The notes under the pieces are model-generated. The model was not told the DNA's origin. It did not search any database and saw nothing but the letters and a program-made list of their open reading frames with translations. Shown piece after piece: positions 20,504 to 31,296 of a DNA stretch of 32,000 nt. This DNA is from Fastidiosibacter lacustris. GTDB taxonomy: Bacteria; Pseudomonadota; Gammaproteobacteria; Francisellales; Francisellaceae. The DNA is taken from positions 30,001-62,000 of the forward strand of contig NZ_QLIR01000006.1 in the NCBI RefSeq assembly GCF_003428155.1, given 5' to 3'. The translations under genes were made by a program, and so were the position numbers. The first letter of the stretch is position 1; each line of letters begins with the position of its first letter.

Positions 20504-20619
20504 AAAAATACACGATTACCATATAAGCAAGATTCAGTTTTACCGAATTTATGTTACATTATACGGCAGTTTATTTTTGAATCTTGCAAAATGCCAAAAT
20601 GAAAATGAGTATTTAGATT

Positions 20620-21855
20620 ATGTCTGAGGTCGTGGAAAAGAAAATATTGTGTGCCATTGATATCGGAACATCGAAAGTTGTTGCTTTGGTGGCTGAGGTA
20701 AATGAAGATGTAGAGCTTAATATCATTGGTATTGGAACTCAGCCTTCAAAAGGGCTTAAGAAAGGTGTTATCGTTAATATTGATGCAACGGTTAAAGCTA
20801 TTCAAAAAGCAGTGCAAGAAGCTGAAGATGTATGCGGATTTAGCATAAAATCAGCGTATATTGGTATCGCAGGTAGCCATATTCGTAGTTTTGATTCACA
20901 TGGTGTTGTTGCTATTGAAAACGCTGAAGTATCACAACGTGATTTAGATCGTGTAATTGAATCCGCAAAAGCAGTACCCATGCCAGCAGATCAAGAAATA
21001 CTACATATTTTGTATCAGGACTTCATGATTGATAATCATAATGGAATTAAAGAACCACTTGGTATGTCTGGTGTACGCTTAGAAGCGAAAGTACATATGG
21101 TAACGGCATCCTCTAGTGCAGTGCAAAATATTAAAAAATGTGTCAATCGTTGTGGTATCAAAGTGCAAGATATTGTGCTTGAGCAACTAGCTTCTAGTTA
21201 TTCGGTATTAACTGACGATGAAAAAGAGTTAGGTGTGTGTTTAGTCGATATTGGTGCAGGTACCACGGATGTCGCCGTTTTTGTTGAAGGTGCCATTAAA
21301 CATACATCAGTCATTCCAATTGCAGGTAGTCAAATTACCAGTGATATTGCACATGCTTTAAGGGTTGCAACAGATACGGCCGAGCGTATTAAAGTGCAAT
21401 ATGGTTCGGCGATGAGTAATCTCGTTAAATCAGATGATGCAATTGAAATTCCAGGGTTAGCAGATCGTTTGGCTAGGCGTGTGCCATTGCAAACATTAGC
21501 CGGTGTAATTGAAGCGCGTACGGAAGAGCTATTTGGTTTGATTTATGAATCCCTCGATAAGAATAATTTATTAGAATTGATCTCAGCAGGGCTTGTGTTA
21601 ACGGGGGGGGCTGCCAAGATGAAAGGCATTGCGCAATTGGCAGAAGAAATTTTTAAAGTGCCAGTACGTATAGGTGGTCCCACAAATATAACAGGAGTGC
21701 AGGATGTGTTACATAATCCCGTGCATTCGACTGGCGTTGGTTTACTTATGTATAGTCATATCCAAGCAGAGGAAGGGCAAGTTGCGTATGATGACAGCTC
21801 AGAAAATGGCGGTGTATGGCATAAAATGAAAGGTTGGTTTGGTAAACATTTTTAA
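20620..21855 (+). CDS. ftsA: Cell division protein FtsA
   Basis: CAIDIGTSKVVALVAE, VCLVDIGAGTTDVAVF, VLTGGAAKMKG, amphipathic C-terminus WHKMKGWFGKHF. Confidence 0.98.
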   Translation: MSEVVEKKILCAIDIGTSKVVALVAEVNEDVELNIIGIGTQPSKGLKKGVIVNIDATVKAIQKAVQEAEDVCGFSIKSAYIGIAGSHIRSFDSHGVVAIENAEVSQRDLDRVIESAKAVPMPADQEILHILYQDFMIDNHNGIKEPLGMSGVRLEAKVHMVTASSSAVQNIKKCVNRCGIKVQDIVLEQLASSYSVLTDDEKELGVCLVDIGAGTTDVAVFVEGAIKHTSVIPIAGSQITSDIAHALRVATDTAERIKVQYGSAMSNLVKSDDAIEIPGLADRLARRVPLQTLAGVIEARTEELFGLIYESLDKNNLLELISAGLVLTGGAAKMKGIAQLAEEIFKVPVRIGGPTNITGVQDVLHNPVHSTGVGLLMYSHIQAEEGQVAYDDSSENGGVWHKMKGWFGKHF

Positions 21856-21897
21856 TTTTTAGATATTGAATATTGTTATAATTTAAAGGAGCAAATA

Positions 21898-23109
21898 ATG
21901 TTTAAAATTTCAGAGTCGCTAACAGATAACGCAGTGATTAAAGTGATTGGCGTTGGCGGCGGCGGTGGTAACGCAGTTGAGCATATGTTATCGCAAAACA
22001 TAGAAGGTGTCGAATTTATCTGTGCTAACACTGATTCACAGGCTTTGAAGAATTCAAGTGCACGCAATGTGATCCAAATAGGCAGTGAGCTTACGAAAGG
22101 TTTAGGAGCTGGTGCAAACCCAGAGGTAGGTAAGCGTGCAGCACAAGAAGATCGTGCACGTATTCAGCAAGCATTAGACGGTGCAGATATGGTATTTATT
22201 ACCGCCGGAATGGGTGGTGGCACGGGAACTGGTGCGGCTCCTGTTATAGCAGAAGTAGCTAAAGAAATGGGTATTCTAACTGTTGCAGTTGTGACTAAGC
22301 CTTTCCCATTTGAGGGGCGCCGCAGGATGCAATTAGCAGAATATGGTATCAGTGAATTATCTCAAAGTGTTGATTCATTAATTACTATTCCCAATTCAAA
22401 ATTACTAAGTGTATTAGGGAAAAATATTAGTTTATTAGATGCTTTTAAAGCCGCAAATGGCGTGTTGCAAGGAGCAGTACAAGGTATAGCCGAGCTTATC
22501 ACGCGCCCAGGACTCATCAACGTTGACTTTGCAGATGTTAGAACCGTGATGTCAGCAATGGGCGTTGCAATGATGGGAACAGCAACGGCAATTGGTGAAA
22601 ATCGTGCTCGTGAAGCAGCAGAAGCAGCGGTAGCAAGTCCATTGTTGGAAGATGTAAATTTGGCGGGGGCAAAAGGTGTGCTTGTTAATATCACAGCTGG
22701 TATGGATATGTCGATTGGTGAGTTTGAGGAAGTTGGAGATGTGATTAAGGCATTTACTTCAGATCAGGCAACAGTTGTTGTTGGTACAGTAATCGACACT
22801 GAGATGTCAGATGAGTTGCGCGTCACAATCGTAGTAACTGGTCTTGAAACAAGTGATAAAACATCTTTTGTCAGTAGTGGAGCATCCGGGATGCATAGAT
22901 CAGCAAGTCCGTATTCACGTCAAAGTGTGTCATTCTCACAAGCATCTAAAGGACACGTTGATAATGTTGTAACAAGCTCAAATACATTAAGACGTCAAGC
23001 TCCATCGGCAGAAGCAACACCAACATCAGAAAAAGAGCAAAAGCTTTCAGCTGATTCAGATAACGAATATTTAGATATTCCAACCTTTTTGCGTCGCAAA
23101 GCGGATTAA
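21898..23109 (+). CDS. ftsZ: Cell division protein FtsZ
   Basis: [14 protein letters not shown], tubulin signature [14 protein letters not shown], conserved C-terminal peptide [13 protein letters not shown]. Confidence 0.99.
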   Translation: MFKISESLTDNAVIKVIGVGGGGGNAVEHMLSQNIEGVEFICANTDSQALKNSSARNVIQIGSELTKGLGAGANPEVGKRAAQEDRARIQQALDGADMVFITAGMGGGTGTGAAPVIAEVAKEMGILTVAVVTKPFPFEGRRRMQLAEYGISELSQSVDSLITIPNSKLLSVLGKNISLLDAFKAANGVLQGAVQGIAELITRPGLINVDFADVRTVMSAMGVAMMGTATAIGENRAREAAEAAVASPLLEDVNLAGAKGVLVNITAGMDMSIGEFEEVGDVIKAFTSDQATVVVGTVIDTEMSDELRVTIVVTGLETSDKTSFVSSGASGMHRSASPYSRQSVSFSQASKGHVDNVVTSSNTLRRQAPSAEATPTSEKEQKLSADSDNEYLDIPTFLRRKAD

Positions 23110-23356
23110 GTTTTTAAAGTACCCAATGTTAGATTTGTCATTACGTTCTACTTTTATGGTTTTAGTTTGAAAGCTACTAACTACTTTCTTACCTCTGTGC
23201 ACGATGATTTTTTAATTTAAGTAGTTCCTGAATTGGTTTTTGTCAAAACTGACTAACATATTCTTCCCCATGTACAGAACTTTCTTATGAAAAAGCATCG
23301 TCCACATAGAAAGGATACGTTATCATAAGAGATCTTTTTTCAAAAAAGTAAACATT

Positions 23357-26065
23357 ATGTCAGATAAAAAAATTGTCCTTGTTGATGGCTCGTCTTACCT
23401 CTTTCGTGCTTTTCATGCCTTACCACAACTCACCAATAGCCTAGGCGAGCCCACAGGTGCGATATTTGGTGTAATCAATATGCTTAAAAAATTACCTGAG
23501 CAATTACAAACAGATTATATTGCAGTTGTATTTGATGCTAAAGGTAAAAACTTTCGCCATGGTTTATATCCAGAATATAAAGCTAATCGTAAAGCAATGG
23601 CAGATGAGTTACGTGCTCAAATTTCGCCCGTATATGAATTAGTCGAAAAATTGGGCTTTCCACTTATTATTGTGGAGGGTGTTGAGGCGGATGATGTAAT
23701 TGGCACACTTGCGAAGCGATTTGCACAAGAAAGTTACGAGGTTATTATCTCAACTGGTGATAAGGATATGGCACAACTTGTCGATCTACATATTACGCTT
23801 ATGGATACGATGAAAAATGAAACGACTGATATAAATAAAGTCGTTGAAAAGTTTGGTGTCAAACCCAATCAAATCATTGACTATCTGGCGCTAGTGGGTG
23901 ACGTTTCTGATAATATTCCAGGTATCCCCAAAGTCGGTCCTAAAACAGCAGTTAAATGGTTGCAGGAATACCATGATATTGGTGGCGTGATTGCTAATGC
24001 TGATAAATTGGTGGGAAAAGTCGGTGAAAATTTGCGTGCGAACTTAAATTTGTTACCATTATCTTATAAGCTTGCGACGATTAAATGTGACCTTGATTTA
24101 CCTTATACAGCTTATGATATACAGCGTAAAGCACCTGATATTCATTACCTTAGAACAGCTTTTCAGCACTATGAATTTAAGGGGTGGTTGCGTGAGTTAG
24201 ATAAGTATGAGGCAGATGATAACATCCAACACAACACAAGTATAGAAAAGCCATCAAAATTAGATTATAAAATTATTCTGGACCTGACTCAATTTGATGT
24301 ATTGTGTGAAAATCTTGAAAAGGCAAACTTATTTGCTTTTGATACAGAAACAGATTCACTTGATACTTTTAATGCCCGTCTTGTTGGAATTTCTTTTTCA
24401 TTAAAGTCGTATCATGGCGTTTATATTCCACTTTTGCATGATTATGAAGGTGTGCCAAAACAACTAGACTTTAATGATGTTATAGCGAGATTAAAGCCAA
24501 TTTTAGAAAACGATAAAATTGAAAAGATTGCCCAGAATGCAAAGTTTGACCTTAAGGTGTTAGCCAATGTTGGAATAACGGTTAAAGGTGTGAAATATGA
24601 CACAATGCTTGAGTCTTATGTATTAAATAGTTTAGCAACGCGTCATGATATGGATTCATTAGCAAAACATTATTTACACTATACGACCATGAGTTTTGAG
24701 GATGTAGCGGGAAAAGGGAAGAAGCAGTTTACCTTTAATCAAATTGATATTGCTAAGGCTGGTTTTTATGCTGCTGAAGACGCTGATATTACATATCGTT
24801 TACATGAAGTATTATGGTCCTTATTACAACAAACTGAAAGCTTGAAAAAACTGTATTTAGAAGAAGAGCTTCCTGTAAGCTTTGTTATCGATCATATGGA
24901 ACGCACGGGAGTTAAAATAGATATCAAGCTTTTGCATGATCAAAGTCAGTTATTAAGTGTCAAGATTGCTCAGCTTGAAGAGGCGTGTATAGCATATGCG
25001 GGTACTCAGTTTAATTTATCTTCGCCTAAACAGTTACGAGAAATTCTATATGATAAAATGGATCTACCTGTACTGAAAAAAACGCCAACAGGAGAAGCCT
25101 CAACGGCTGAAGATGCGCTGCAAGAATTAGCTCAGATTTATGAGTTTCCAAAGCTCATCATTGAGCATCGCCATTTAACTAAACTCAAAACGACTTATAC
25201 CGATAAGCTACCTTTAATGGTTAATGCTAAAACTGGACGAGTACACACTTCGTACCAGCAAGCAATAACTAGTACAGGAAGGCTATCGTCAACTGATCCT
25301 AACTTACAAAATATTCCAATTCGTTCACAAGTAGGACGTGAGATTCGCCAAGCTTTTATTGCAGAAAAAGGTTATAAAATTGTCGCAGCTGATTACTCTC
25401 AAGTTGAGCTTAGAATCATGGCACATCTCTCACAAGATCTAAACTTATTAAAAGCTTTTCAACAAGGCTTGGATATTCACCAAGCAACGGCTGCAGAAAC
25501 GCTGGGGATTAAGCCTGAACAAGTCACTGCTGAACAACGTCGTCAAGCAAAAGCCATAAACTTTGGTCTAATTTATGGTATGGGATCATTTGGTTTAGCC
25601 AAACAATTGGGTATTCCAAGAGGAGAGGCACAAGCGTATATTGACGTTTATTTCTCACGTTATCCTGGAGTGAAACGCTATATGGATGAGACCAAGGAGT
25701 ATGCTTTACAACATGGTTTTGTTGAAACCATATTTGGTAGACGCTTATATTTACCAGACATTCATTCTAGGAATATGGCAAAAAAACGTGGGGCAGAACG
25801 TGTGGCAATTAATGCACCAATGCAGGGATCAGCGGCAGATATTATTAAGCGAGCAATGATTTTAATTGATAAGTGGATAGTAACAAACAAGATAGACACT
25901 AAAATGCTAATGCAAGTGCATGATGAGCTTGTTTTTGAGGTCAAAGAAGAAAAAATAGCAGATGTGACAAAAGAAATTAAACAATTTATGGAATCAGCTG
26001 CACTGTTACGTGTGCCATTAATCGTTGACGTTGGCGTTGGTAGCAATTGGGATGAAGCACATTAG
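23357..26065 (+). CDS. polA: DNA polymerase I (5'-3' exo, 3'-5' exo and polymerase domains)
   Basis: LVDGSSYLFRAFHALP; intact proofreading motifs FDTETDSL, NAKFDLKVL, YAAEDADI; polymerase motifs DYSQVELRIMAHLS, RRQAKAINFGLIYGMGSFGLA, MQVHDELVFEV. Confidence 0.98.
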   Translation: MSDKKIVLVDGSSYLFRAFHALPQLTNSLGEPTGAIFGVINMLKKLPEQLQTDYIAVVFDAKGKNFRHGLYPEYKANRKAMADELRAQISPVYELVEKLGFPLIIVEGVEADDVIGTLAKRFAQESYEVIISTGDKDMAQLVDLHITLMDTMKNETTDINKVVEKFGVKPNQIIDYLALVGDVSDNIPGIPKVGPKTAVKWLQEYHDIGGVIANADKLVGKVGENLRANLNLLPLSYKLATIKCDLDLPYTAYDIQRKAPDIHYLRTAFQHYEFKGWLRELDKYEADDNIQHNTSIEKPSKLDYKIILDLTQFDVLCENLEKANLFAFDTETDSLDTFNARLVGISFSLKSYHGVYIPLLHDYEGVPKQLDFNDVIARLKPILENDKIEKIAQNAKFDLKVLANVGITVKGVKYDTMLESYVLNSLATRHDMDSLAKHYLHYTTMSFEDVAGKGKKQFTFNQIDIAKAGFYAAEDADITYRLHEVLWSLLQQTESLKKLYLEEELPVSFVIDHMERTGVKIDIKLLHDQSQLLSVKIAQLEEACIAYAGTQFNLSSPKQLREILYDKMDLPVLKKTPTGEASTAEDALQELAQIYEFPKLIIEHRHLTKLKTTYTDKLPLMVNAKTGRVHTSYQQAITSTGRLSSTDPNLQNIPIRSQVGREIRQAFIAEKGYKIVAADYSQVELRIMAHLSQDLNLLKAFQQGLDIHQATAAETLGIKPEQVTAEQRRQAKAINFGLIYGMGSFGLAKQLGIPRGEAQAYIDVYFSRYPGVKRYMDETKEYALQHGFVETIFGRRLYLPDIHSRNMAKKRGAERVAINAPMQGSAADIIKRAMILIDKWIVTNKIDTKMLMQVHDELVFEVKEEKIADVTKEIKQFMESAALLRVPLIVDVGVGSNWDEAH

Positions 26066-26143
26066 CAACTTTACAAGTTTAAACGTGGTTTTTAGGCTTT
26101 AACTACATAATAGAGAGGCTTTAAAATTATTCAAAACTTTATC

Positions 26144-26171
26144 CTTGAAATAATGATTTAAATACCCACTT
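26144..26171 (+). promoter_or_regulatory. Candidate heat-shock (sigma-32/RpoH-type) promoter of htpG
   Basis: CTTGAAA (26144-26150), 13-nt spacer, ACCCACTT (26164-26171), compared with the consensus CTTGAAA...CCCCATnT; 47 nt upstream of the htpG ATG. Confidence 0.5.
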
Positions 26172-26218
26172 GTTTGCGGTTGAAATTTGAAATAAAACAA
26201 ACCCAAAGAGGAGTTTAT

Positions 26219-28111
26219 ATGTCTGAAAAGCAAGTTTATGATTTTCAAACCGAAGTCAAACAATTATTACAGTTAGTGATTCATTCACTTTATTCAAATC
26301 GTGAAATCTTCTTAAGAGAGCTTATCTCAAATGCCTCAGATGCAGCAGAAAAATTGCGCTTTGAAGCATTACACAATGCTGATATTTTTGAAAATGACAT
26401 TGATCTTAAAGTCAAAATAGCTTTCAATAAAGAGGCTAAAACAATCAAAATCACAGATAATGGAATTGGGTTATCGCGTGAAGAGGCTATTGAACATTTG
26501 GGTACGATTGCTAAGTCTGGGACGAAAAAATTTTTAGAAGCTTTAACAGGAGATCAAAGTAAAGATTCTCAATTGATTGGTCAATTTGGTGTGGGCTTTT
26601 ATTCTGCTTATATCGTTGCTGACAAAGTTACTGTAAATTCTCGTAAAGCAGGCTTAAATGCAAATCAAGCGGTCTGCTGGGAATCTAAAGCGGATGGTTC
26701 ATTTACAGTTGAGGATATTACTAAAGATAAAAGAGGTACGGAAATCATCCTTCATTTAAAAGAAGGTGAAGATGATTTATTAGATGATTGGAAATTACGC
26801 CAAATCGTCAAGAAGTATTCTGATCATATTTCTTTACCTATCCAAATGCTAAAAACAGAATATGATGAAGAAGGTAAAGCTAAAGAGACAGAAGAATGGG
26901 AAACCATTAACAAAGCAAAAGCATTGTGGATACGCTCAAAAGCGGATATTTCCGATGAAGATTACAAAGAGTTTTATAAGCATATTTCGCATGACTTTAC
27001 TGACCCACTGATTTGGTCACATAATAAAGTAGAAGGAAATCTTGAATATATTAGCTTATTGTACTTGCCAGAGCGTGTGCCATTTGATTTATGGGATCGT
27101 GAGCGTAAATCAGGTTTGCACCTTTATGTTCAGCGTGTATTTATCATGGAAAATGAACAGTTACTACCGTCTTATTTACGTTTTGTGAAAGGTGTAATTG
27201 ACTCCAATGACTTACCATTAAATATTTCTCGTGAAATTTTACAGCATAATAAAGTGATTGATAAGATTAAAAAAGCAACGACAAAGAAAGTGCTTGATAT
27301 GCTATCGAAAATGGTAGAAGAAGATAAAGAAAAATATGCAAAATTCTGGAAAGCATTTGGTCAAGTGTTGAAAGAAGGACCTGCTGAAGACTATGAAAAT
27401 AGAGAAAAAATAGCAAGTTTATTGCGTTTTGCATCAACACATAAAGATACATCTGAGCAAGATGTGTCATTGGCAGATTATGTCTCACGTATGCAAGAAA
27501 ACCAAAAGTATATCTATTATGTCACGGCAGAAAGCTTTAATGCTGCAAAAAATAACCCGCAATTAGAGGTTTTTCGTAAGAAAGGCATTGAAGTGTTGTT
27601 ATTAAGTGATCGTGTTGATGAGTGGATGACTTCGCATTTAAGTGAATTTGATGGTAAGACGCTTAAATCTGTTGCCAAAGGCGATTTAGACTTGGGTGAG
27701 TTAGATTCAGAAGAAGACAAAAAGCATCAACAAGATACACAAAAAGCGTTTGAAAGCATAATTAAACAGATGAAAGAAGTGCTCAAAGACAAAGTAGAAG
27801 ACGTTCGCATTTCTAAGCGCTTAACAAACTCACCAAGTTGTATCGTCGTTAATGATTATGGCATGAGCATGCATTTACAAAAAATGATGGCAGATGCAGG
27901 ACAAACGATGATGCCAGGTATGGGGGGCAAACCAATTTTAGAAATCAACTCTGAACATCAGTTGGTTAAGCATTTACAAGATGAACAAGACGATGCTCAG
28001 TTTGCAGATTGGACAAACCTTTTATATCAACAAGCACTTCTTGTAGAAGGTGCTCAGCTTGAAGATCCAGCAAGTTTTGTTGGGCTTGTGAATAAGTATC
28101 TTTGTGCTTAA
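26219..28111 (+). CDS. htpG: Molecular chaperone HtpG (Hsp90)
   Basis: [61 protein letters not shown] at 26219 follows an AGAGGAG ribosome-binding site; the track start at 26174 is upstream of the probable start. Confidence 0.98.
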   Translation: MSEKQVYDFQTEVKQLLQLVIHSLYSNREIFLRELISNASDAAEKLRFEALHNADIFENDIDLKVKIAFNKEAKTIKITDNGIGLSREEAIEHLGTIAKSGTKKFLEALTGDQSKDSQLIGQFGVGFYSAYIVADKVTVNSRKAGLNANQAVCWESKADGSFTVEDITKDKRGTEIILHLKEGEDDLLDDWKLRQIVKKYSDHISLPIQMLKTEYDEEGKAKETEEWETINKAKALWIRSKADISDEDYKEFYKHISHDFTDPLIWSHNKVEGNLEYISLLYLPERVPFDLWDRERKSGLHLYVQRVFIMENEQLLPSYLRFVKGVIDSNDLPLNISREILQHNKVIDKIKKATTKKVLDMLSKMVEEDKEKYAKFWKAFGQVLKEGPAEDYENREKIASLLRFASTHKDTSEQDVSLADYVSRMQENQKYIYYVTAESFNAAKNNPQLEVFRKKGIEVLLLSDRVDEWMTSHLSEFDGKTLKSVAKGDLDLGELDSEEDKKHQQDTQKAFESIIKQMKEVLKDKVEDVRISKRLTNSPSCIVVNDYGMSMHLQKMMADAGQTMMPGMGGKPILEINSEHQLVKHLQDEQDDAQFADWTNLLYQQALLVEGAQLEDPASFVGLVNKYLCA

Positions 28112-28258
28112 TTTTAGAATAATCAAAAATCAGAAATATTGCAGCAATAAGCTCTATTTCTAGATTCCTTAACTTGCTCTTAAATATTAAAAATAACCAC
28201 TAATCATATCAATGGCTATGATGGGTTATTCATCATGATGCATTTAAAGAATGTGGCA

Positions 28259-29500
28259 CTAACTGACGTTAAGACTCTCGCAAACTTTAGCTAATATGTT
28301 GAGTTTACGTTTGGCATCAACGGCATAGTCATTGCTTTTATCCCACGCATAGCCTGCCAAAATTGAACAAATCTTTGCTTTTATTTCAGGTGGTTGAGTT
28401 TTGCTATAAATGATTTTTTGCAGATCCCCATTATACCACGCACGAACATAACATTTAAAGGTGCTCACCCCTTGCTGTAATGGTTTTGCAAATTCAGTTT
28501 GCCAATCAACAGTTTGATTACTTAATGCTTTATCTAATGCATTTGCAGCAAGAACAGCTGATTTTAAAGCAATCGTAACACCTGATGAAAAAATGGGATC
28601 CAAAAACTCTCCTGCGTTGCCAAGTAAGGCATAACCATGCCCATACAGTGATGTTACATCTTGAGCATAACCAGTAATGTTGCGCACGGGTGTTGTAAAC
28701 TGAACGTTACTTAATATACGCTTAAGGTTGGGTGCTAGCTGAAGTAAAGCAAGTAATTGTTGTTCATTTGATAAACTTTCATTTCCAAGTAAACCAGGTT
28801 CCCCAACCACGCCGATGGAATATTTTTTATTGGATAAAGGAATTAACCAAAACCAGATGTCTTGCTGTTGTGGGTGGGTGGTGATTAAAATTTTATTTTG
28901 ATCGAACAGTGATTGATCAACAGAAGTGTGGATATGTGTAAAAATAGATTTGCGCGGTGGAAATTCACTTGGTCGATTAAGATTTAACAGGTTAGGAAGA
29001 GTGCGCGAAAAGCCGCTAGCATCAAGGATAAACTTTGTTTGATAGGTATGACTGTTATAATTGGTATCAACAGCTTTAAGTTGATGAATATTGTCACCAA
29101 AAGCGACTTCAGTTACACGTTGTTGGTAGTGAATTTCTACGCCATAATTTTGAGCTTTGTCAGCCAATAGTTTATCAAAAGTAGCCCGCTCAACTTGAAA
29201 TGTAGTATTAAATCCAGGGCATGATTTTTGGCCAAAATCAAAATCAGTATATGTATCTTTATGACAAAATGCAGCGCCATTTTTAAACTGGAACCCAGCA
29301 TTTTCAACCACGTCTAGGAGATTAGCATTTTGTAGGAATTCCATTGCTTGTGGTAATAGGCTTTCACCAATTGAAAAGCGTGGAAATTGTGAGGATTCGA
29401 TAATGGCTACACGATAGCCTTTTTGCGCTAAAATAGATGCAGCAACCGTACCTGAGGGACCTGCGCCAATAATAAACACATCATAGAAAGTTGAGTGCAT
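28259..29500 (-). CDS. FAD-dependent oxidoreductase of the flavin-dependent halogenase / geranylgeranyl reductase-like superfamily
   Basis: VFIIGAGPSGTVAASILAQKGYRVAIIE, FPRFSIGESLLP, WxWxIP-type motif DIWFWLIPL, GNAGEFLDPIFSSGV. Confidence 0.8.
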   Translation of the reverse strand: MHSTFYDVFIIGAGPSGTVAASILAQKGYRVAIIESSQFPRFSIGESLLPQAMEFLQNANLLDVVENAGFQFKNGAAFCHKDTYTDFDFGQKSCPGFNTTFQVERATFDKLLADKAQNYGVEIHYQQRVTEVAFGDNIHQLKAVDTNYNSHTYQTKFILDASGFSRTLPNLLNLNRPSEFPPRKSIFTHIHTSVDQSLFDQNKILITTHPQQQDIWFWLIPLSNKKYSIGVVGEPGLLGNESLSNEQQLLALLQLAPNLKRILSNVQFTTPVRNITGYAQDVTSLYGHGYALLGNAGEFLDPIFSSGVTIALKSAVLAANALDKALSNQTVDWQTEFAKPLQQGVSTFKCYVRAWYNGDLQKIIYSKTQPPEIKAKICSILAGYAWDKSNDYAVDAKRKLNILAKVCESLNVS

Positions 29501-29688
29501 ATGTTAAGAGCATTTTGGATAAGTGCAGTTAATGTAACGGATAAGAAAGTATTGATCTATAATTATTTCGTAAAAAGAATACTTTTGTACTTTTCTTTTT
29601 TTTTGTCATCAGTTATCTTGTTCTTGCAGGCTCTTGCTTGTATCGAAAATAATACCCATTTAATAAAACAGTAAGGGATGAGAGAACT

Positions 29689-31053
29689 ATGTTGAAAAAA
29701 CTAACTTTAGCTGTGCTTGCTGCTTCTGTATCGACGGTTGTTTATGCTCAAGATGTTAGTAGCAGTCAATCAACCGATAATCAATCGGTACAAGCACAAA
29801 TTGCTGAACTCAAAAAAGAAATTGCCGCATTACAAGCTAACCAAGAAGCTTTGTCAAGCAGTAAGAAAACGAGCTCATCTGTGACAAGTTTTGGCGAGGA
29901 TAGTGAGCATGTAACTGTCCCTACAAATCAGGGGCAGATTCAGAACTTCTTATTCTCAGATGTGCAACAAGGTGTTGTTCCTATGGGAATGTTAAGCTCT
30001 TCTCAATTTGCACTAGGACTTCTGAAACAGCGTAACAAGTACAGTGACTATGGCTTGATCTTTGGTGGATATTTGGAAATTGATGCTCAAACTTGGAATG
30101 GTAGTACAATACCTGCTATCTCGACAAATAATGGTCCAACAGGGGATAATACTAATAATTATCAATCAGGAAAAGGTATCTATATTACAACTGCAAACCT
30201 TTATACTGCTGCAAACCTTGGTCGTTATGTAACAACAGAAATGACGTTAGCAACTGATCAAAATAATAATTTTCGTGTCAATGACGGTTTAGTGGTATTT
30301 GGTAATTTAGATGACTATCCACTCTATGCTACTGTTGGTAAGAACCGCATTCCATTAGGTTCTTTCTCAGGTGGAGGTCCGTGGACAGGTTCATTAACAC
30401 AAATGTTGTTTAGACCAGGTCGTGTGATTAATGCGTCATTGGCATACTATCAATATGGTTTAAGCACTAATGTAACATTCTTCCAAACCGATGATCACAC
30501 CAGTAATTTTTCCTATGCCGCCTTTTATGGTAATACGGCAGGTGAATGGGGTTATGGCATCAATGGTGGTTATCTTTATAATGTAAATGGTACAAATAAT
30601 TCATTTAACGCTGCTACAAACCTTGGAACAACTAAAACACGCATTGGTGCAGTAAACTTTGATGCAAGTCTAAATTACGATGTCTATGGTGTGGGCGCTG
30701 GTTGGGCTCAAACGACGAATAAATCTAGTATAACAAACAACGGTTATGCTGGTGCGTGGTATGTGCAGGCGGGGTTTTCTCCAGAGATCTATGGTCGCTC
30801 AACTAACTTTAATATCTCTTATAACGGTTCTTATAACACAAACGATATTCCAGTCACGCTAAGCGGTAGTGCGGTTAACGAGTATAAGCCCGCTAATGTT
30901 GTAGCAGGGGGTGTAAATAAAATGGTTGTAGCATCTGCGCAACGTCCATTCTTTACTGAAAATGTATTGCTTGGTTTGGAGTACGCTTACATGCATATGT
31001 ACAACAATCAGCATGCTAATGCCTATACGCTAGATATTTCTGTGTATTTCTAA
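29689..31053 (+). CDS. Outer membrane porin-like protein, probably LbtU/DUF3573-like
   Basis: Signal peptide MLKKLTLAVLAASVSTVVYA, coiled-coil region (AQIAELKKEIAALQANQEAL), beta-rich repeats and aromatic C-terminus YTLDISVYF. Confidence 0.7.
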   Translation: MLKKLTLAVLAASVSTVVYAQDVSSSQSTDNQSVQAQIAELKKEIAALQANQEALSSSKKTSSSVTSFGEDSEHVTVPTNQGQIQNFLFSDVQQGVVPMGMLSSSQFALGLLKQRNKYSDYGLIFGGYLEIDAQTWNGSTIPAISTNNGPTGDNTNNYQSGKGIYITTANLYTAANLGRYVTTEMTLATDQNNNFRVNDGLVVFGNLDDYPLYATVGKNRIPLGSFSGGGPWTGSLTQMLFRPGRVINASLAYYQYGLSTNVTFFQTDDHTSNFSYAAFYGNTAGEWGYGINGGYLYNVNGTNNSFNAATNLGTTKTRIGAVNFDASLNYDVYGVGAGWAQTTNKSSITNNGYAGAWYVQAGFSPEIYGRSTNFNISYNGSYNTNDIPVTLSGSAVNEYKPANVVAGGVNKMVVASAQRPFFTENVLLGLEYAYMHMYNNQHANAYTLDISVYF

Positions 31054-31063
31054 TCTAATAGTT

Positions 31064-31083
31064 GTGATCCTTTAAAGGATCAC
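31064..31083. terminator. 20-bp perfect palindrome GTGATCCTTTAAAGGATCAC just after the porin gene; possible 3' hairpin
   Basis: Perfect self-complementarity 11 nt after the stop codon, but no clear U-tract follows. Confidence 0.4.
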
Positions 31084-31296
31084 TCTATCAAGATCGATTG
31101 CCAATTGTGTTATTGCTTGTAATGCTATTTTGCTACTAAATGCATATCTTAAAATGGGGAAAAATATAAAGAGGAAAGAGCAAAGCAAATGATGAATTGA
31201 ATCTCACCTGTAACGTGGCAACATATCAATTTCCACTGGAATATATAAGTTTATGTCGAGAAACTCTGCCCCAGATATTGAAGTAATATCAAATTT

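Noticed and set aside
22362-22694. Antisense ORF in ftsZ, and the similar one in polA at 25762-26046
   Set aside because: Mirrors of strongly coding genes, with composition typical of antisense shadows (Ser/Thr/Ile/Ala-rich).
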